DNA from: a virus
Lineage: Duplodnaviria; Caudoviricetes
Virus record (IMG/VR): IMGVR_UViG_3300031760_000001
Location: 64,001 to 128,000 of that record
Direction: 5' to 3' (one strand)
DNA: 64,000 nt
Position 1 is the stretch's first letter. Each line of letters begins with the position of its first letter. The translations under genes and the position numbers were made by a program. The notes under the pieces are model-generated. The model had not been told where the DNA came from. It saw nothing but the letters and a program-made list of their open reading frames with translations, and ran no database searches. Shown here one piece after another: positions 59,626 to 64,000 of the stretch.

Positions 59626-60615
59626 TTAAAACGGTAATTCTTCTTCATCATCACTTGAAACCACTGGTTGGGGTGCAGGCTTTGGCTCAGGTTTTGGTTG
59701 TTCCTTCAATTCCTGTGCAGCTTCCTGTTCAGCCTTTTCCTTGTCAGTGATTTCTTTCCAAGCAACCCATTTCTTGTTTTCTGCATCGAAAACGGGTGTC
59801 TTGTCATCTGCAATAAGAGCAAGATAATCAAATGACTTGGCACGGTACATATCTTTCCAGTCCTTTATGTCGTTCACCCACATTTCAATCTGTTCATCAG
59901 TACCCAATGGTTTTGGAGCAACATCCGCCATAATCTTGATAGCGGTTTTATCTGGTGAATTTTCACTCTTTTTAGGAGCTTTAGTAAGGGTAAGAATCAA
60001 ATCAATACCGTCTTTGTAGTCAAAAATGTTTCTGCCAGCAGCGTGATAAGCCATCCACAATTCTTTAATTGTGTCAAATGGACCTGTACCGTCATCGTGT
60101 TTGTTAAAACGCCAGAACTTAATACCCTCATCCTCTTTGCCACGCTCAATGCAACGCACAATATAAGAAGTCTTTGTATCATACGAATAAGCCTGTTTAC
60201 AAATAGCTTTCTTCTCATTTATGTCTGTTGCTTTGTTAGCCTCTTCAAAAATCTGGAGTTTCTTCTGACATAATGGACAGCCGTTCTGACCAACCTCATC
60301 CTTAATATGATGGTCGTTCAGACAAATGAATGACTTATAGCCACCTTTGGCTACCTTGTTCTGTCTGTTCTGGTTTAATGAAAGTTTTAATGAATGTATA
60401 TTGACTGGAATAGCGAATTTCTTTTTTCCGTCAATATCCTCGGTGAGAACTATGCGAATGTTAACCGTTCTCTTCTGCTCGTTGTCTGCGAGTCTTGTGT
60501 TCAGATAGTTTTTGGCATCGAATGCCTTTTTCTGTTGTTGTGGCTGTGTTTGTGACTGGTTGCCACAGCCGTCGTCGAATAATTCATTTTCATTTAGATT
60601 TACATCTTCTGTCAT
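59626..60615 (-). CDS. Single-stranded DNA-binding protein (gp32-like)
   Basis: FICL...CPLC, IKFWRF, G.DLILT, acidic tail DDEEELPF. Confidence 0.8.
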   Translation of the reverse strand: MTEDVNLNENELFDDGCGNQSQTQPQQQKKAFDAKNYLNTRLADNEQKRTVNIRIVLTEDIDGKKKFAIPVNIHSLKLSLNQNRQNKVAKGGYKSFICLNDHHIKDEVGQNGCPLCQKKLQIFEEANKATDINEKKAICKQAYSYDTKTSYIVRCIERGKEDEGIKFWRFNKHDDGTGPFDTIKELWMAYHAAGRNIFDYKDGIDLILTLTKAPKKSENSPDKTAIKIMADVAPKPLGTDEQIEMWVNDIKDWKDMYRAKSFDYLALIADDKTPVFDAENKKWVAWKEITDKEKAEQEAAQELKEQPKPEPKPAPQPVVSSDDEEELPF

Positions 60616-60696
60616 TGTTTTTAATTGTTAATATATTATTTTAGATTTGCATGTGATATAATATAAATAGTATTTTTTATATTTTTTTCTTATATA

Positions 60697-60707
60697 TAAT
60701 ATACAAA
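60697..60707 (-). promoter_or_regulatory. Class A promoter motif TTTGTATATTA (TTGTTA-17-TATATT)
   Basis: Exact 11-mer; class B TATTTAT also at 60663-60669. Confidence 0.7.
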
Positions 60708-60728
60708 TTTTTCATAATTTTAACAAAA

Positions 60729-60753
60729 AAAGCAACACAAATTGTGCTGCTTT
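60729..60753 (-). terminator. Intrinsic terminator
   Basis: aaagcaacaca...tgtgctgcttt with T-run. Confidence 0.65.
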
Positions 60754-60776
60754 CTTTATTGTTTTCAATAACCTTG

Positions 60777-61601
60777 TTATTTTACAAAGTAATCGTGTAA
60801 AGTACGTGGAATGTCGTCAAATTCATCGTTAATTATTTTGTCATTAACATTATCAACGTCACCCTTTGTAATTTGATACTGTGGGGCTTCATTGTTTGAC
60901 GTAATATTGTAATGATTGTTGATGTCCTCAAACTTATCCCAGAATTCCTCTGGCTTCTGGTCGAAAGGATTACCGCCAGCATTCAAACGGACATTCATAG
61001 TCTCTTCCTCGGTTGGGGTTCTTTTGATAAGTTCCCTCTTCAAATCAGAAATTTTCTGGTCGTTTGCATCAAGAGCTTTGGTAAATTTGTCAACCACATT
61101 CAGTAAAGTTGAAAGTTTTGAATCAACATCTTCCAACTGTTCTGCAGTCTGTTCTTGATTAGCTTTAAGTTCATCCTGTGCATTGGTGAGTTGGGTAATG
61201 TCCACAACATCATCGTCAGGACCTGGCTGACCGCCCATATCACCACCCATCATAGGGTCACCCATAACGTTAGGGTCACCACCGTCCATACCAGCGTTAG
61301 GTGCTAAATTAGCACCATCAATATCGCCACCTGGAGCAGGGGCACCACCCATAGCGTTAGGGTCACCACCTGGAGCAGGGGCACCACCCATAGCGTTAGG
61401 GTCACCACCTGGAGCAGGGGCACCACCCATAGCGTTAGGGTCACCACCCATAGCGTTAGGGTCGCCACCTGGAGCAGGAGCGCCGCCCATTGCATTTGGG
61501 TCACCACCCATAGCGTTAGGGTCATCATCCTCCATCACACCGTGATAGAATGAATATTCATAAAGCTGTTGCATTCTTTTTCTAGTTTCGTTCAAGTCCA
61601 T
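60777..61601 (-). CDS. Gly/Pro-repeat coiled-coil protein, putative head scaffold/internal protein
   Basis: GGDPNAM/GGAPAP repeats followed by a coiled coil; MDLNE leader. Confidence 0.6.
   Translation of the reverse strand: MDLNETRKRMQQLYEYSFYHGVMEDDDPNAMGGDPNAMGGAPAPGGDPNAMGGDPNAMGGAPAPGGDPNAMGGAPAPGGDPNAMGGAPAPGGDIDGANLAPNAGMDGGDPNVMGDPMMGGDMGGQPGPDDDVVDITQLTNAQDELKANQEQTAEQLEDVDSKLSTLLNVVDKFTKALDANDQKISDLKRELIKRTPTEEETMNVRLNAGGNPFDQKPEEFWDKFEDINNHYNITSNNEAPQYQITKGDVDNVNDKIINDEFDDIPRTLHDYFVK
61325..61524 (-). repeat. 21/39-bp tandem repeats (GGDPNAM, GGAPAP)
   Basis: Repeated accacccatagcgttagggtc and accacctggagcaggggc. Confidence 0.9.
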
Positions 61602-61602
61602 T

Positions 61603-61764
61603 TTAGTCAGTAAGCATTAACTTATTATCTTCAGTCAAAAGGATTGTACTGTTGCTAGTACGTTCATAAAGACCTTTGTCTTTCTTCATTACTTTAACCT
61701 TTCTCTCTGGAAGAGGCTGGTCATTGAGAATATTCTTAACATTTGTTAAAACATCTTTTTCCAT
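61603..61764 (-). CDS. Small hypothetical protein
   Basis: MEKDVL...KDKGLYERT...LLTEDNKLMLTD; start reassigned to ATG 61764. Confidence 0.55.
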   Translation of the reverse strand: MEKDVLTNVKNILNDQPLPERKVKVMKKDKGLYERTSNSTILLTEDNKLMLTD

Positions 61765-61768
61765 AACA

Positions 61769-62005
61769 TTAGTTGTTTTGTTCATTATTTTCGGTATTGT
61801 TATCAACCACTGGCACCGTTTCAACAGGCGCAGGTTTAGGTTTTCTGTTCTGTTTTTTCACAGACTCCTTCTCAGCCACAACAGGCTTAACTTCCTCAAC
61901 TGGTTTTGTTTCCTCTTTCCTCACCTCATGTATAATCCTGATGGGTGTCCTTGTATGGGTTTTCTTTTCCCTTACTGTTCTTTTAACTACATTCTTTTTT
62001 TTCAT
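61769..62005 (-). CDS. Small basic low-complexity protein
   Basis: 78 aa K/E/V/P-rich; TATTTAT upstream. Confidence 0.55.
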   Translation of the reverse strand: MKKKNVVKRTVREKKTHTRTPIRIIHEVRKEETKPVEEVKPVVAEKESVKKQNRKPKPAPVETVPVVDNNTENNEQNN

Positions 62006-62054
62006 ATAATTATCCGTTATATATCTTATTATATAAATAGTACCTTTTTGAAAT

Positions 62055-62651
62055 TTAATTCAAATATGTGTGCAATATCGGAATATAATGTGTATTTCCA
62101 CCGATTACCTTTCTTAAATCTGATGTTATAAAGCTGGTATCATGTATATATTCAACGTTTTTCAACAACTTGAAAATTTTCTGTTTCCTTACTCCTAAAT
62201 ATTCACACAATTCCAATGATATCCCAAATACCGTACTGTATTTCTCACTGTATATGAACATAAAATTCGAGTTCCTGGTCAAGAAAACAAATTTCTTCGT
62301 GTTGTCGCGTAGAAACTTAATGACTTTCTTTATACTATTTAATTTATAATTGATTAAGTCAATATAAGTGTACTTGATTTTCTCCATCCCGTACAATATC
62401 ACGTATTTGTAGAAACTGATTATGTCATCCTCATACTCACATCTTCGCTCTGTCTTGGTGAATGTCCACCACACATTGTCATACTGTTTGGTTAATATAT
62501 TGAAACCATTTATATGTTTCCTGGCTTCCTCGACACCTATGATAAGTGTGGGAATACCCTCAATTGCCTCGTCAAACGACTTGACCACATTGAACATATC
62601 CCCAAACACGTTCCTTTTGCTTTTTGTTATTATATTCCCGATTTTCTTCAC
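62055..62651 (-). CDS. Hypothetical protein
   Basis: GTG 62651 preferred because the track's start lies inside the promoter motif. Confidence 0.6.
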   Translation of the reverse strand: MKKIGNIITKSKRNVFGDMFNVVKSFDEAIEGIPTLIIGVEEARKHINGFNILTKQYDNVWWTFTKTERRCEYEDDIISFYKYVILYGMEKIKYTYIDLINYKLNSIKKVIKFLRDNTKKFVFLTRNSNFMFIYSEKYSTVFGISLELCEYLGVRKQKIFKLLKNVEYIHDTSFITSDLRKVIGGNTHYIPILHTYLN

Positions 62652-62656
62652 ATATA

Positions 62657-62667
62657 TAATATACAAA
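62657..62667 (-). promoter_or_regulatory. Class A promoter motif TTTGTATATTA
   Basis: Exact 11-mer. Confidence 0.7.
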
Positions 62668-62678
62668 AAATATATGAT

Positions 62679-63998
62679 TTATTGTAAATTGAATATATCT
62701 TTTAATTTCTCATTTCTGTCATCTCCGCTTATTGTAAAATATTTACCACTAGCATTAGCTATCATAAAATGACCTCTATTACCCAAATCTTTCCTATATG
62801 AAATATGCATAAAATCAATTTTTTGTTTATCTAAACATTCTTTAATTTTATCAATATTAGTAGGGCGAATACTTTCTGGTGGGTAAACAATAAACTGGTC
62901 AAACGCCATCCCACGAGCAATAATCAATTCACTAATTATACTTCTTACAAAATTATAATTATCGGGATATCGATTTCCAAGAACCTGAAAATCACTAGCT
63001 CTTCCTAACCTATGGTCACTCTTTTTTGATGCACCTTTAATGGTATTATTATACTTTTCACATCTATATCCTGAGGTTAAATGCCATTTAATGGATGGAA
63101 ATGATTTATAAATTGGTAATAAAACATTATTAACTAAATTTTTTAGATTTGTTATTATCGTGTCGCTTGATACATCACAGTCACCTGTATATACTCCATT
63201 ACTAAACAATCGTATAGTATCTCCACCATTATCTAACGCAGCTCTTGACAACTTATTTCCAACCAATTCAAAACTAGCACCCATGTTCGGTCCATTAATT
63301 GTAAATGGTGTAATCTCTTCACTGTCAACTATAGGTAAACCGTCGCCTCCAACAAAAGGTATTATATTTGAAGTATTGGTATTTGAAGTAGTATTTGTAT
63401 TTGGTATTTCAACACGGTTCTGATATGACGATGATGTGCTGGTCTGGTTTATATTTAATGATTTACAATTAGCGAACCAAACAATAGAATCACTTTCCAA
63501 TGACAGTCTACTTCTGGATAACGCTATTACTTGTATACCATCAGTTTGATTATATATTTTATTACCAGTTCTACTCAATCCTTCAGCCACATATTGGGTA
63601 TCGCCGTGGTATCCGAGATATATAGCAACATGGTCTGGTTTTACAGATGTTTTACTAGATACTTTGTTATCATGATATCCGAATAACAAATCACCAACCA
63701 CTGGTCTCACATTACCACCAACACTTCTATCACCCATGACCATATTAGCAAACGTAAAGTTGGTTATTACGGGTGAAAATAAAGTAACCGTCCAATTTTT
63801 GGTGTCTTTCTCTAATAATTGTAACATATTAGGTGTATTTTCATTTTCCCTATGATATACCAAATCACCAGTAATCAGTTCACCTTTAACTTTCTTAAGT
63901 TTTTTCGAATTTTTAAGTGTAGCATAAACATTAGTAACAAAGGTATCACAATATTTATTTTTTCCTAGATTCTGAACTATTGCGTCAGAAAGTTTATC
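62679..63998 (-). CDS. Peptidoglycan hydrolase (NlpC/P60-like + peptidase M15), 5'-partial
   Basis: GDLLF...DHVAIYLG; TSGYRC..YN...GASKKSDH..GRASDF...HIS; frame open to the window end. Confidence 0.75.
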   Translation of the reverse strand, partial: DKLSDAIVQNLGKNKYCDTFVTNVYATLKNSKKLKKVKGELITGDLVYHRENENTPNMLQLLEKDTKNWTVTLFSPVITNFTFANMVMGDRSVGGNVRPVVGDLLFGYHDNKVSSKTSVKPDHVAIYLGYHGDTQYVAEGLSRTGNKIYNQTDGIQVIALSRSRLSLESDSIVWFANCKSLNINQTSTSSSYQNRVEIPNTNTTSNTNTSNIIPFVGGDGLPIVDSEEITPFTINGPNMGASFELVGNKLSRAALDNGGDTIRLFSNGVYTGDCDVSSDTIITNLKNLVNNVLLPIYKSFPSIKWHLTSGYRCEKYNNTIKGASKKSDHRLGRASDFQVLGNRYPDNYNFVRSIISELIIARGMAFDQFIVYPPESIRPTNIDKIKECLDKQKIDFMHISYRKDLGNRGHFMIANASGKYFTISGDDRNEKLKDIFNLQ

Positions 63999-64000
63999 AT

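Noticed and set aside
451-63423. Numerous short antisense or nested ORFs in the track (e.g. 2368..2901, 6344..6730, 13647..14120, 61676..62131)
   Set aside because: They are shadows of longer genes with recognisable motifs and have no independent signals
1-64000. Genome-wide TAG-to-Gln recoding as in Lak-type megaphages
   Set aside because: Very long ORFs (up to 3000 aa) are intact in code 11, and TAG ends genes at plausible positions (29913, 30361, 46789)
1-64000. tRNA or structured ncRNA genes
   Set aside because: Intergenic gaps are short and explained by promoter motifs and terminators; no cloverleaf seen by eye (tRNAscan/Infernal not run)

Overview
A 64-kb, AT-rich, gene-dense segment of a large (jumbo-type) tailed phage genome in the standard genetic code, with almost all genes on the minus strand. 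The host is probably Bacteroidota (inference from the lack of Shine-Dalgarno motifs, BACON and InlB-B-type repeats, an Hc1-like protein and a class II RNR). Contents: (i) putative head-packaged proteins bearing repeated [ILV]-x-E processing-like motifs, including a 1417-aa modular polyprotein (2x 'WC' domain plus beta-repeats, and a NUDIX domain) next to an ART-fold protein; (ii) a divergent sigma70; (iii) two convergently oriented BspA-like LRR paralogs with hypervariable repeat positions and near-identical DNA patches, bracketing an ~11-kb block (Rad50, lysozyme, primase, RuvC-like, glycosyltransferase, MetK, Mre11); (iv) a ~26-kb tail/baseplate module with a 3000-aa protein; (v) a replication/nucleotide module (NrdJ, helicase, 5'-3' exonuclease, RecA-like, TK, SSB). 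Two promoter-like motif classes (TTTGTATATTA and TATTTAT) and many intrinsic terminators are visible. I found no CRISPR array, tRNA, reverse transcriptase or integrase. All annotations come from motif recognition by eye; no database searches were run.
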